Assembly: GCA_027592325.1 (NCBI GenBank)
Contig: JAQCKO010000005.1
Coordinates: 202 to 64,201, forward strand
DNA: 64,000 nucleotides
From: a bacterium
GTDB lineage: Bacteria > Patescibacteriota > Patescibacteriia > UBA9934
Direction of reading: 5' to 3'
Numbering within the stretch: position 1 is the stretch's first letter; every line of letters starts with the position of its first letter. The notes under the pieces were generated by a model. The model worked only from the letters and a program-made list of their open reading frames with translations, was not told the origin of the DNA and made no database searches. Both the position numbers and the translations under genes were made by a program. Positions 47,508 to 58,106 of this stretch are shown one piece after another.

Positions 47508-49529
47508 CAAATTCTTCGCTCCATGTACCTCGAGCGTTCGCTCCTTCACTTCCTCCGTGTAGAATTCAAGTACATCTCCCACTTCAATCTTCGCCTTTCC
47601 TGCAAGTTCCATCCCAAATTGTGTTCCTTGCTGCACTTCTTTCACATCCACTTTTCCAGCCTGAAGCCCAATCACTTTTCCTTCCGCTAAAATCTCGCCC
47701 GCACGCGTCACACGAGCTGTTGCACCAAGCTGAATGACGCCTTTTTTCACCTGACCACCAATCACCATGCCCTTTACGGTTTTCTTAAAAACCGCAAGCA
47801 CCTCGGCTGTTCCAAGCTCGATGTACACATGTTCTGCGGGAATCAGCAGGCGTAGCTTGTCAACAACATCTTCAAACAACTTATAAATGACGTTGTACGA
47901 ATGAATTGAAATATTCTTATCGCGCGCAAGTGACTCTGCCGCACTCGTCGCCTTGACATTGAAGGCAATGAGCATAGCTCCTGTTGCTTCCGCATTTAAG
48001 ACCTCTGCATCATTCACATTTCCAAGCCCTTTTTGCACCACTTTTGCTCCAACGTATGGGTTGTCGATTTTTTCAACCATTCCGAGAATCGCTTCAAGTG
48101 ATCCTAGCACATCCGATTTAATAATGAGGTTCAGTGTAATACGTTCCTTCTCCGTATCTTCATCTTGCGATTTCACCTGCTTTGTTACAGAAACATCATT
48201 CACCCCTGCTTTGCGCGTTGGTTGTGATTTGAGTTTTTCGAGATTCTTGACGTCTTCAGGAACCTCAAGCACATCTCCGACCGAAGGTGCTTCTTTGAAG
48301 CCTAAAATACGCACAGGTGTTGATGGCGCTGCCTCATTTGCATCTTGTCCATCCCATGTCTTCATGGCGCGTACTTTTCCAAAATTGACTGCACGTACAC
48401 CAAGCACATCTCCGCGTTTCAATGTACCTGTTTGCACCAAAACAGTCGCAACTGGCCCCTGCCCTTTGTCGACATGCGATTCGATAATCGTTCCAATCGC
48501 GCGGCGATGTGGATCGGCAACAATTGTCTCCTTTTCCATATCAGCAACAAGAATAAGCATGTCGAGCAGCTGATCAACATGCTGACCTGTTTTCGCTGAA
48601 ACAGGTACACAAATGGTTTTTCCACCCCAATCTTCTGGAACAAGTCCGTGTTCACCAAGCTGTCCTTTTACCATCTCGGCATTTGCGCCTTCTTTATCAA
48701 TTTTGTTAATCGCAACAACAAACGGAAGGCCTGCTGCCTTAATAATATCGATTGCCTCGCGCGTTTGCGGTTGAATTCCATCATCAGCAGCAACGACTAA
48801 GATCGCAATATCAGCAACTTTTGCTCCGCGCGATCGCATCACCGTAAAGGCTTCGTGACCAGGAGTGTCGATGAATGTCAAAAGACGATCGTTGCGTACC
48901 GCTTGATACGCCCCAATATGCTGTGTGATTCCCCCATGCTCACCAGAAACGACATTCGCGCTTCTGATCGTATCGAGGAGCAATGTTTTTCCATGATCAA
49001 CATGGCCCATGACAACAATCACCGGCGGCCGTGCCTCACGAATCGCCCCTTCTTCAGAAAGCGCTTCTTCCAATCGATCAACACCATCTTCATCCTTTAA
49101 CGATTCTGCGCCTTCAATTTCCGTAATATACCCAAGATCTTCCGCGATGATTGTCGCCGTCTCGAAATCAATCCGTTCATTCAAACTGGCAAGCACTCCT
49201 GCACGCATCAGCTCTTTCATTACATCAGAAAGGGACATATTCAAGCGTTCAGCAAATTCACGCACCGTAAGCGTTTGTGGGATGCTGATCTTCTCTGCGG
49301 TTCCGTCTTGCACGCGTTTTTTACGATCGAGACGTGCCTGCTGCTCAACTTTTTTGCGCTGCAAATCTTGACGATGCTTGTACTGACGCCATGCATATTG
49401 CACGCGTCCCACATCGCGATCGGGAATTTTGAGCGCTTTTTCTCCAATATCAAACCCAAGCAGCGGAAGCTTAGAGCGTAGCTCGTCTGGCGAAACGCGC
49501 ATTCGGCGCGCAAGTTCGGAAATATTCAT
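47505..49529 (-). CDS. infB: Translation initiation factor IF-2
   Basis: The G domain ([17 protein letters not shown]) and the C-terminal domains are present. Confidence 0.95.
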   Translation of the reverse strand: MNISELARRMRVSPDELRSKLPLLGFDIGEKALKIPDRDVGRVQYAWRQYKHRQDLQRKKVEQQARLDRKKRVQDGTAEKISIPQTLTVREFAERLNMSLSDVMKELMRAGVLASLNERIDFETATIIAEDLGYITEIEGAESLKDEDGVDRLEEALSEEGAIREARPPVIVVMGHVDHGKTLLLDTIRSANVVSGEHGGITQHIGAYQAVRNDRLLTFIDTPGHEAFTVMRSRGAKVADIAILVVAADDGIQPQTREAIDIIKAAGLPFVVAINKIDKEGANAEMVKGQLGEHGLVPEDWGGKTICVPVSAKTGQHVDQLLDMLILVADMEKETIVADPHRRAIGTIIESHVDKGQGPVATVLVQTGTLKRGDVLGVRAVNFGKVRAMKTWDGQDANEAAPSTPVRILGFKEAPSVGDVLEVPEDVKNLEKLKSQPTRKAGVNDVSVTKQVKSQDEDTEKERITLNLIIKSDVLGSLEAILGMVEKIDNPYVGAKVVQKGLGNVNDAEVLNAEATGAMLIAFNVKATSAAESLARDKNISIHSYNVIYKLFEDVVDKLRLLIPAEHVYIELGTAEVLAVFKKTVKGMVIGGQVKKGVIQLGATARVTRAGEILAEGKVIGLQAGKVDVKEVQQGTQFGMELAGKAKIEVGDVLEFYTEEVKERTLEVHGAKNL

Positions 49530-49703
49530 GGGCGCAGACTACCGTTTTTCAGGCTTTTTGGCAAGTTTTGTCGCATTCATGCATTGGTACATCTTCCATA
49601 CCTGCAAGATCGGCCAAGCAACCCAGCATCGGGATGCGTCGCTAGGTGCAATAAGCCGAAGTAACTTGCTTTTTTGCTTCAAAACCATATACGCTGCCAG
49701 CAT

Positions 49704-50411
49704 ATGGAACAAAAAGAAGGCTTTCTTCTCATCAATAAGCCCGCTGGGATTACCTCGCATGATGTCGTCGACAAGCTGCGAAAAATTATCGGGATTAAGA
49801 AAATCGGTCATGCCGGCACGCTCGACCCCTTTGCAACCGGCCTTCTTTTAATGGCGATTGGACGTGGCGCAACAAAGCGTATTTCTGAATTCGTTGGCCT
49901 TCCGAAAACCTACCGAGCAACGTTTGTGCTCGGCGAGACAACCGAAACCCTCGACACAGAAAAAGAAGTTGTTCAAGACCCAAACTGGAATAACCTCGTT
50001 ATTTCAGACGATCATATCAATGAGGCAATCACCGGTATGATTGGCCCCTCAAAACAAATCCCACCAATGTATTCCGCGATCAAAAAAGGCGGAAAAAAAC
50101 TCTATGAACTCGCGCGAGAAGGGAAAGAAATTGTCCGCGACGCTCGCCCTATTACGATTCATCGCTTTCAATTACTTCAGCCGGCAAAGCGATTTAAAGA
50201 ACGCATTGAGCTTGAGGTTGAGCTTTCTGTTTCCTCGGGAACGTATGTTCGCGCAATCGCACGCGATCTTGCTGAAAAACTCGGTACCACAGGCTACACA
50301 TCTGTCCTTCACCGCACGGCGATAGATCAGTATTCAATCGATCGCGCAATCAATCTACAAGAACTTACATCCGATAATTGGCATTTAGGCCTATTTGAGC
50401 CACAAAATTGA
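49704..50411 (+). CDS. truB: tRNA pseudouridine(55) synthase
   Basis: HAGTLDPFATGLL contains the catalytic Asp. Confidence 0.9.
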   Translation: MEQKEGFLLINKPAGITSHDVVDKLRKIIGIKKIGHAGTLDPFATGLLLMAIGRGATKRISEFVGLPKTYRATFVLGETTETLDTEKEVVQDPNWNNLVISDDHINEAITGMIGPSKQIPPMYSAIKKGGKKLYELAREGKEIVRDARPITIHRFQLLQPAKRFKERIELEVELSVSSGTYVRAIARDLAEKLGTTGYTSVLHRTAIDQYSIDRAINLQELTSDNWHLGLFEPQN

Positions 50412-50494
50412 CGCTCATTTCACGCGCATGCTAGGCTTTTTACAATCGGAATTTTTCGATTGTACTTGTTTGATTTACTGGTAGCCATCGATCT

Positions 50495-52015
50495 ATGACA
50501 ATCTCAATACTTATCATTGGCCTCTTTATTGGAGGGGCATCTGGATACTTTGGACGCAAATACGCGACAAAAGACAAAATCGCTTCGGCAGAAAAGCACG
50601 CTGATGAACTTCTTCAATCAGCAAAACAGGAAAAGTCGGAACTCATTCTCGCAGCAAAAGAAGAAGCGCTAAAGCTAAAAGAAGCGGCAAAAGAGGTAGA
50701 ATCTGAAACACGAAACGAACTAAAAGAGATGGAACGCACGCTTCGCAGCCGCGAAGAGCGTTTTGCAGCTCAATTATTAGAATTGCAAAAAAAGCAAGAT
50801 ACCATCGATAAAACCGCTCGCGAGGCAGAAGCCCTCCGACTTACATTAAAAGAAGAACGTGACGAAATCCGAATAACCTTGGAAATGGTTGCTGGACTTT
50901 CCACTGAGGAGGCACTCAAATCCCTCGAAGATACCGTCGAACAGGAATATCAAGAAGCGCTGCTTTCACGCGTCAAAAAGCTTGAACGACAAAATGAGGA
51001 AGCCGTTGAGGCAGAGGCGCGAAAGATCCTTGCCCTCGCGATGCAGCGCTTTGCAAGCTCGCAATCTGTTGATCACTCCACGACCATGGTCGAGCTTCCG
51101 AGCGACGACATGAAAGGGCGGATCATTGGAAAAGAAGGTCGGAACATCAAGGCACTTGAGCGGCTTACGGGCTGTGAGCTTATTGTCGATGACACACCTG
51201 GCATGATTATGGTGAGCGGATTTTCTCCCGTGAGGCGTCAGGTCGCCAGACTTGCCATTGAGGACTTAGTGAAAGATGGACGCATTCAACCAGCGCGCAT
51301 TGAGGCCGCGATTGAAAAAGCAAAGAAAGATCTCGCCAAAGATATGCGGAAAGCTGGAGAAGAAGCGCTCATGGAACTTGGTATCCCCGTTTCATCTATC
51401 GATCCCAAACTGATTTCTATTCTAGGCCGACTAAAATTCCGCACAAGCTATGGACAGAATGTTCTGCAGCACTCAATCGAAGTTGCGCGTATTTCTGGGA
51501 TGATTGCTGCAGAAATTGGGGCTGATGTTTTCAATTGTAAAAAAGGAGGATTGTTCCATGACATTGGAAAAGCTGTTGACCACGATATGCAAGGAGCGCA
51601 TCCTGAAATCGGCTACAATATTATGAAGAAATTCGGTTTCCCTGAAGAGCTTTGTTATCAGTCTATTGCTCATCATGAAGATAAACCGCGCACACTAGAA
51701 GGTACCATTGTAAAAGCTGCCGACGCTATTAGCGGAGCGCGTCCAGGAGCACGCCGAAATTCCATCGAGGAATATATTCAGCGTCTTGAAAACCTTGAAA
51801 AAACAGCAAATGAATTTGAGGGCGTGGAAAAAGCGTATGCGATTCAAGCTGGCCGCGAAGTGCGCGTATTTGTGCACCCACAAAAGGTTGATGATTATGG
51901 CGCGCACAAATTGGCGAATATGATTGCGAAGAAAATTGAAAACGATCTCACCTACCCGGGAGAGGTAAAAGTGACCATTATTCGCGAGACACGTATTTCA
52001 GAATTTGCCCGTTAA
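50495..52015 (+). CDS. rny: Ribonuclease Y
   Basis: It has an N-terminal TM segment, a coiled coil, a KH domain (GRIIGKEGRNIKALE) and an HD domain. Confidence 0.9.
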   Translation: MTISILIIGLFIGGASGYFGRKYATKDKIASAEKHADELLQSAKQEKSELILAAKEEALKLKEAAKEVESETRNELKEMERTLRSREERFAAQLLELQKKQDTIDKTAREAEALRLTLKEERDEIRITLEMVAGLSTEEALKSLEDTVEQEYQEALLSRVKKLERQNEEAVEAEARKILALAMQRFASSQSVDHSTTMVELPSDDMKGRIIGKEGRNIKALERLTGCELIVDDTPGMIMVSGFSPVRRQVARLAIEDLVKDGRIQPARIEAAIEKAKKDLAKDMRKAGEEALMELGIPVSSIDPKLISILGRLKFRTSYGQNVLQHSIEVARISGMIAAEIGADVFNCKKGGLFHDIGKAVDHDMQGAHPEIGYNIMKKFGFPEELCYQSIAHHEDKPRTLEGTIVKAADAISGARPGARRNSIEEYIQRLENLEKTANEFEGVEKAYAIQAGREVRVFVHPQKVDDYGAHKLANMIAKKIENDLTYPGEVKVTIIRETRISEFAR

Positions 52016-52080
52016 CCCACAGGGATAATTGTAATTATTCGGAAGATTGGTAAAATACCTGAAATTTTTGTCAAAGAAAT

Positions 52081-52395
52081 ATGAATAAAGCAATACTCGC
52101 CCTCCGCATTGCTGAACATCTTGGAATACAGAAGAAAGAAGCTGAAGCATTTATTGCTGCTTTTCAGCAGATTACCACAGAAACACTCGGAAACAACGAA
52201 GATGTTACCATCGCCGGCTTTGGGACATTTTCAAGTCGTGTACGTTCTGCACGCCGCGGTGTGAACCCTCGAAACCCATCAGAAATGATTGACGTACCAG
52301 CAGTTAAGGTTCCAAAATTCAAAGCTGGTAAAGCCCTCAAGGATTCCCTGAAGGCGAGTATGAAGGGGTCAAGCGGTGAGGTGGAGCTTAGTTAG
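52081..52395 (+). CDS. hup: HU family DNA-binding protein
   Basis: GFGTFSSRVRSARRGVNPRN marks the arm region. Confidence 0.85.
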   Translation: MNKAILALRIAEHLGIQKKEAEAFIAAFQQITTETLGNNEDVTIAGFGTFSSRVRSARRGVNPRNPSEMIDVPAVKVPKFKAGKALKDSLKASMKGSSGEVELS

Positions 52396-52399
52396 TGCG

Positions 52400-52510
52400 T
52401 AGAAAACAGAACAGCTTCCCTCATCTAGCGGCTCGAATCTGTGATACTCGCTCAACGTTCGCTTAAGTATGTCTTGTTTCGTTTCTCGGTTTTTATCGCT
52501 GTCTAAGGCA
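52400..52510 (+). repeat. Copy 6 of the intergenic repeat family (plus orientation)
   Basis: TAGAAAACAGAACAGCTTCCCTCATCTAGCGGCTCGAATCTGTGATACTCGCTCAACGTTCGC...TCTAAGGCA starts 4 nt after the hup stop. Confidence 0.8.
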
Positions 52511-52844
52511 ATATGTGCTCTTCAAGCTGAAAGTTTCGTCTGGTATTGCTTATCATCCTGAGCGAGCAAAGCGAGTTGAAGGATCTATGCGAACATGACG
52601 AAACACGTGAAAACGCCCGCGAGTCCTTGGCTCGCGGGCGTTGCGTTTAGGGGTGAGGATGAGGTGAGGCTACTCCTTCAAGAAGAGGTCGAGGATGAAT
52701 TCGACCTGTCCCAGGACAGTAGCATCGCTACCGTCGCGGAGTTCATCGACAATCGTCCTCTTTACTGCATAGCGACAAGCTATTCCACCTATGTGTATAT
52801 TCTCTGTCAACCAAAAAGAACGGTCAAAGCCGCTCGTTTACTCG

Positions 52845-52885
52845 CTGGATTCCGGGTCAAGCCCGGAATGACGATTTGTTTAGAT
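52845..52885. repeat. REP-like hairpin (aatgacg family), copy R3
   Basis: attccggg-tcaa-gcccggaat plus gacg. Confidence 0.6.
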
Positions 52886-52892
52886 AAGAGGA

Positions 52893-53011
52893 CCGCTCAG
52901 ATTGCCTGAGATGACGGTGCAATTCGAGGACCAAAGTGAGGCGTACTTTCTGGTACGTTGAACGAGGACCGGAGAATTAAGCCGTCAGATTAGGTAAGCT
53001 GTGCGGTCCTA
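52893..53011 (-). repeat. Copy 7 of the intergenic repeat family
   Basis: The element starts at the proS TAG stop. In minus sense it reads TAGGACCGCACAGCTTACCTAATCTGACGGCTTAATTCTCCGGTCCTCGTTCAACGTACCAGAAAGTACGCCTCAC...CATCTCAGGCAATCT. Confidence 0.8.
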
Positions 53012-54256
53012 GACGTTCTCTTCCACCAACATCTGCGCGGCTCGTTCTACCGCCTCTCCCAAATCCCAAATACCGCTCTCTCCGCTTGAGCGATCTTTCC
53101 ACTCAACCCCGCCAGCCTCAAGCGATTTTTTTGACACCAAAATGCGTACTGGGCATCCAATCAAATCGGCATCTTTGAGTTTTGCTCCTGGCGATGCATC
53201 AGCGCGGTCGTCGAAAAGCACCTCAAGACCAGCATCCTGCAAATCAGCGTAGAGGCTCTCTGCCTGCGCCATTTCATCTTCTCCTAATGCAACCAAATGC
53301 ACATGATACGGCGCCACTTCTTTTGGCCAAACCATTCCGTCATCGTCTGCAAGCACCTCGACAATCGATCCCATTAAACGCGAAATACCAATTCCATAGC
53401 AGCCCATAATCACATCGATATTCTTCCCTTCCGCACTATTCACGGTGAAATCGAATGCATGTGAGAATCGACATTCAAGCGGGAAAATATTCCCCACCTC
53501 AATCGCCTTTTTTATCTCATATTTCTCCTCATTCGCATGATCCGCTTCTTCAATAACCTCTTTGTTGAACGCTTCTCCCGTTTCGCGATCAATGTAAATA
53601 TGATCTTCGCCGGCTTCGGTCGCTACCTGAAATTCATGCGAATGCTTTTCGGTGAACACACCTCCCGAAGCTGCCGCAACAATAGCGTCAAGTCCGCAAC
53701 GTTTGTACACATTCAAATAGGCCTCTTTCATGCGTTCGTAATAGGCAAGAAAATCTTCTTCGGTAAGATGAAAGCTATACAAATCTTTCATAAGAAATTC
53801 ACGCCCGCGCAAAATCCCTGACTTTGCCCGTGGTTCATTCCGGAATTTATCGCGCATCTGATAAACGGCAACGGGAAAATCTTTATACGAATTTGCAAAG
53901 CTTTGCACAAGCGGCGTAATCACCTCTTCTGCCGTCGAGCTTAGCGCATATTCTTTCGATCCTGACCCTTCCGTTTTGAACAGCACATCGATTTTTTCCC
54001 AACGACCCGTCGCGTCATAAAGCGCTTTGGGATGAAGGAGAGGCATCGTTATTTCTTGCGCTCCAGTAGCATCCATTTCTTCTCGCACAATGGCTTCGAT
54101 CTTTCGAAGCGTACGAAGGCCAAGCGGCAAAAAGCTATACACTCCCGCAGCAAGCTGCTGCACAAATCCTGCCTGTGCTAAAAAGCGGGCATTTTTGCTA
54201 TCACTATCGGCTGGCGCTTCTTTGCGCGTTTTGGTAAACATCTTCGAATATCGCAT
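53009..54256 (-). CDS. proS: Prolyl-tRNA synthetase, short form without the INS editing domain
   Basis: Class II motifs and a ProRS anticodon-binding domain are present. The protein is about 415 aa. Confidence 0.85.
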   Translation of the reverse strand: MRYSKMFTKTRKEAPADSDSKNARFLAQAGFVQQLAAGVYSFLPLGLRTLRKIEAIVREEMDATGAQEITMPLLHPKALYDATGRWEKIDVLFKTEGSGSKEYALSSTAEEVITPLVQSFANSYKDFPVAVYQMRDKFRNEPRAKSGILRGREFLMKDLYSFHLTEEDFLAYYERMKEAYLNVYKRCGLDAIVAAASGGVFTEKHSHEFQVATEAGEDHIYIDRETGEAFNKEVIEEADHANEEKYEIKKAIEVGNIFPLECRFSHAFDFTVNSAEGKNIDVIMGCYGIGISRLMGSIVEVLADDDGMVWPKEVAPYHVHLVALGEDEMAQAESLYADLQDAGLEVLFDDRADASPGAKLKDADLIGCPVRILVSKKSLEAGGVEWKDRSSGESGIWDLGEAVERAAQMLVEENV

Positions 54257-54267
54257 ACACATGGAGC

Positions 54268-55398
54268 TTAACGCTTGTTAAAGCGTGTGGCAAGGAAGGT
54301 TGAAATTGGAACCGTGAGAATAAGCGCCATGGTCCCTGCAATGGTGCGAACGAATTCCTCCGCAACAAGCTCTTCATTGAGGAACCTCAGCATGGTTATA
54401 TCGTCATTTAACAGAAAAAGTAGGAATAGCGGCAACGCAACTCCTACATAGGCAAGCACGAGCGTATTCACCACCGATGCAATATGATGCCGCCCAATAC
54501 GCATGGCGCGCTGATAAATGTCTTTATCTTCCAAATTCCCGTTCACTTCACGAAGCTCGGTAACGGTCTCTGCCTGCGTAATCGCAATATCGTCAAGAAC
54601 ACCAACGGCACCAAGAATCATTCCTGCGAGCAGAATTCCGCGCGGAATCACAAACTCTTGCGCTTCAAAGTAAAGAAGCACGGTTTCTTCTGAGGCAAGT
54701 CCCGAAAGTGAGGCAAGACCGGTGAACAGCCAAGCAAAAAATGCCGCAAGAGCAAGGCCAATAAGGGTGGATAGATATGCAAGCGCCGTACTTTTATTCA
54801 CGCCATGCGCCAAATGCATATTAACCCCAAGAATAACCGCTGACGCAATGATGGTCATGGATATCGGGTTTGCTCCGGCAAGAATGGATGGGAGAAGGAA
54901 GAAAAAGATAATCGCAAGGGTCGCAAGAAGACCCAAAATTGCAAGTAAACCGCGCTGATACCCAATGAGGACAATAAGTGCCCCAAAAAGAAGGGCGATG
55001 AAAAGAAGTGCGGGAATACGCACAATATCGACCAAAAACACCTGCACAGGTTCGCCATCTTGTAGAATAACCTGCAAATACACGCTGTCTCCAACCGAAA
55101 TATTATATCGAAGCCCTTCGACTAATGCTTCTGCTGTATCAACGGTATATTGTGCTCCATCTGCTTCCGCAATGAATTTGACTTGCCGCTGCCCGCCTAT
55201 CTCGCGGTCATCGACAATATTCACAATTTGCGCCTTCACTTCAAAACTTTCCACCTTAGGAAGCGATCCCTCTGCAAAATCCTCACCAAACAGCTCCTCT
55301 CCTTCTCCGGGCAAAAATGCTTCATTAGGATTTTGTGCATACACAGGCGCACCGGCAAAGAGAAGCACTCCAAATAGGGCAAAAAACCATCTTTTCAT
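54268..55398 (-). CDS. YibE/F family membrane protein
   Basis: It has a signal peptide, an extracellular domain and a multi-TM C-terminal half typical of YibE/F. Confidence 0.55.
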   Translation of the reverse strand: MKRWFFALFGVLLFAGAPVYAQNPNEAFLPGEGEELFGEDFAEGSLPKVESFEVKAQIVNIVDDREIGGQRQVKFIAEADGAQYTVDTAEALVEGLRYNISVGDSVYLQVILQDGEPVQVFLVDIVRIPALLFIALLFGALIVLIGYQRGLLAILGLLATLAIIFFFLLPSILAGANPISMTIIASAVILGVNMHLAHGVNKSTALAYLSTLIGLALAAFFAWLFTGLASLSGLASEETVLLYFEAQEFVIPRGILLAGMILGAVGVLDDIAITQAETVTELREVNGNLEDKDIYQRAMRIGRHHIASVVNTLVLAYVGVALPLFLLFLLNDDITMLRFLNEELVAEEFVRTIAGTMALILTVPISTFLATRFNKR

Positions 55399-55437
55399 AC
55401 TTTCCCATTGTAACATTTTCTGATACGATTTCATCGT

Positions 55438-56358
55438 ATGAAGCAACTGCCCTGGATTATTTTGATTATTGCAACGCTAGTGCTTGCAGGTTTTTTTGCA
55501 CTACGTGCTGATACAATTGCGCCGGAAGAAGAAATTGATGTCGCGACAACCATATTCCCGTTTTACGATATAACGCGCAATATTGTTGGCGATACCCTCT
55601 CGGTTGATTATTTGCTTCCAGCAGGCGCGTCGCCGCATACCTACGAACCAACGCCACGTGATGTCCACGTGCTCGCATCCGCGAAGGCTCTTTACACCGT
55701 TCACGAAAATTTTGACGGATGGGCCGTGCCACTCGGGGTGACACAAGGTATCGATACGATTGATTTGTCTACCGTCGTAGAACTCATCGAATTTACCGAT
55801 GCCGATCGTGACGAAAATCACGAAGATGACGATGATTCCGAGCAAACGCATGAAGGAGACGATCCGCATTACTGGTTAAGTTTCAACAACGCCACCATGC
55901 TTACGGCTGCCATTCGCGACGACCTAGCAGAACGCTTTCCTGAGCATGCAGCGATTTTCATGGACAACGCAGCTCGTTACATAGATGAATTGCAGCGTGC
56001 AAAACGTCAGGCAGAGCTTGCCATGACCGGAGTCGAGAATCCGCATCTTATAACCATGCATGGTGCATGGGCCTACTTTGCGACAGATTTAAACCTTGAA
56101 ATTGTCGGAAGCTTTGAACCGGAAGCAGGTCAAAGTCCAACTGCTCGTGACCTAGAAGAAGTATCAGAACTTGTCAAGCAATACGGAATCACCACCATTT
56201 ACACTGAACCTCAACTTTCAGAAGCGGCCGTTGCAAGTTTCGCGAATGATACAAGGCTAAACATTGCCATTCTTGACCCACTTGGAGGCCTTCCAGGGCG
56301 TGAGACTTTTATTGATTTAATGCTCTACAATGTCAACACCGTCGCTGACACACAATAA
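55438..56358 (+). CDS. znuA: Zinc/manganese ABC transporter substrate-binding protein (cluster A-I)
   Basis: The TroA-like fold carries an acidic His-rich loop DENHEDDDDSEQTHEGDDPHYW. Confidence 0.8.
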   Translation: MKQLPWIILIIATLVLAGFFALRADTIAPEEEIDVATTIFPFYDITRNIVGDTLSVDYLLPAGASPHTYEPTPRDVHVLASAKALYTVHENFDGWAVPLGVTQGIDTIDLSTVVELIEFTDADRDENHEDDDDSEQTHEGDDPHYWLSFNNATMLTAAIRDDLAERFPEHAAIFMDNAARYIDELQRAKRQAELAMTGVENPHLITMHGAWAYFATDLNLEIVGSFEPEAGQSPTARDLEEVSELVKQYGITTIYTEPQLSEAAVASFANDTRLNIAILDPLGGLPGRETFIDLMLYNVNTVADTQ

Positions 56359-57073
56359 ACGCCACCTAAACGCCATCGAACTTGAACGCATTACAACCTA
56401 TTATGGGGAGGAAAAAGTACTCGATCGTATTTCTTTTAGCGTAAAAAAAGGAGATGTTGCTGCGATCATTGGCCCGAATGGATCAGGAAAAACAACACTT
56501 GTCAAAGTCATTGTTGGGCTCATTACTCCGCAGAATGGTCGCGTTCAGCTGTTCGGAAAAAAACCGCAAAGCCTTCATGGCCGCATTGGCTATGTTCCGC
56601 AACGGTTTACATTCGACCGTCACTTCCCCATCTTGGTGGATGAGTATCTCAATCTCGCTCGCGCACAACGCACCAATACCAAGGCATTACAAAAAGCTAT
56701 TTCAGAAGTAGGGCTTCAACCGAGTATTCTGCATGAACGCATTGGGACGCTTTCTGGTGGTCAACTTCAACGTATTCTCATCGCACAAGCGATTTTAAAT
56801 ACACCAGATATTTTGATTCTTGATGAACCTTCAACGGGTATCGACATTGTTGGTGAAGCCGTGTTTTATGAGATTTTGAAGCACCTGAACGAAGAACATG
56901 GAACGACCATTATTATGGTGTCTCATGACGTTTCGCGCATCGCAAATATCGTCACCAAGGTCATCTGCCTCAATAAAAAACTTATTTGCGCCGGGCCGCC
57001 ACGCCAAGCGCTGACAGAGAAGCGTCTCAAAGAACTCTACGGCCCTCACACCAATCATCACGAGCATCACTAA
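56330..57073 (+). CDS. znuC: Metal ABC transporter ATP-binding protein
   Basis: Walker A is GPNGSGKTT and the signature motif is LSGGQLQR. Confidence 0.85.
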   Translation: MSTPSLTHNKRHLNAIELERITTYYGEEKVLDRISFSVKKGDVAAIIGPNGSGKTTLVKVIVGLITPQNGRVQLFGKKPQSLHGRIGYVPQRFTFDRHFPILVDEYLNLARAQRTNTKALQKAISEVGLQPSILHERIGTLSGGQLQRILIAQAILNTPDILILDEPSTGIDIVGEAVFYEILKHLNEEHGTTIIMVSHDVSRIANIVTKVICLNKKLICAGPPRQALTEKRLKELYGPHTNHHEHH

Positions 57074-57074
57074 T

Positions 57075-57884
57075 ATGGCGCTAATCGAAATTTTTTCCTC
57101 CACCTTCATGCTACGTGCGCTCATAAGCGGTCTTTTTGTGGGAGCGTTGCTTGCAGCACTTGGAGTATTTACCACTCTCCGCCGCATGAGTTTTTTCGGA
57201 GAAGGCATCGCTCACGCGTCGCTTGCTGGAATTGCAATAGGATTATTGTCTGGCTTTGCTCCGCTTCCCATTGCTGTCATTTGGGGTCTCCTTATTGCTC
57301 TTCTCATCTATTTGCTCGAAGAAAAGAGTGTCATTTCATCCGATAGCCTGATTGGGATTTTTTTTACGTCTTCGATGGCGTTTGGTGTCATATTGATCGG
57401 TTTTATCCCAGGATATCAGCCAGAACTACTATCGTTTCTTTTCGGGAACATCCTCACCATTCAGAATAGCGATGTATTACTCATCACCATTCTATGTACC
57501 GTTGGCCTAGCCTGGCTCTCTGTTGCCCAAAGACAGCTCGCTTATCTTTCTTTTTCAGAAGAGAGTGCCATCGTTGGTGGAATTTCAAAAACGGCCTTCC
57601 TGTTGCCGTTTTATCTACTTACCTCCGTCGCTATTGTCCTTGGAGTAAAAATTCTTGGAATTATTCTCGTTTCTGCCCTCATGATCATTCCCGCCGCTAC
57701 CAGCCGAAACATGACGCATTCATTCCGAGGCTATGTTATAGGATCAATTGTCATTGCTGAGCTTTCTGTTTTTCTTGGCCTGATTGCATCGTACAGTCTT
57801 GATCTTCCCTCAGGTGCCACGATTGTTCTCACTGGATCAAGCCTCTTCCTCTTCAGTCTTTTTTCAAAGGCTCTTACATCATAA
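57075..57884 (+). CDS. znuB: Metal ABC transporter permease (ABC-3 family)
   Basis: It is an 8-TM ZnuB-like protein. Confidence 0.85.
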   Translation: MALIEIFSSTFMLRALISGLFVGALLAALGVFTTLRRMSFFGEGIAHASLAGIAIGLLSGFAPLPIAVIWGLLIALLIYLLEEKSVISSDSLIGIFFTSSMAFGVILIGFIPGYQPELLSFLFGNILTIQNSDVLLITILCTVGLAWLSVAQRQLAYLSFSEESAIVGGISKTAFLLPFYLLTSVAIVLGVKILGIILVSALMIIPAATSRNMTHSFRGYVIGSIVIAELSVFLGLIASYSLDLPSGATIVLTGSSLFLFSLFSKALTS

Positions 57885-58106
57885 CGACAGGAACGCAAGA
57901 TCACCTCCTGCCTGCACAGCACGGCTGATGAAATAAAACGCCAAAAAGAAGATCCCAACACCCATGGTAATGCATCCAATCATTACGACTCCCTGTGCGC
58001 CGCCGTCGTCTTTCACAAATCCAATAACAATATACCCAGCAAAACCGAGTAATATCGCAAGTGGCACTGAAACGAGAACGATTCCAATAAGCAAAAATGC
58101 AATCAT
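57879..58106 (-). CDS. Small membrane protein (75 aa, 2 TM)
   Basis: MIAFLLIGIVLVSVPLAILLGFAGYIVIG... Confidence 0.35.
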   Translation of the reverse strand: MIAFLLIGIVLVSVPLAILLGFAGYIVIGFVKDDGGAQGVVMIGCITMGVGIFFLAFYFISRAVQAGGDLAFLSL

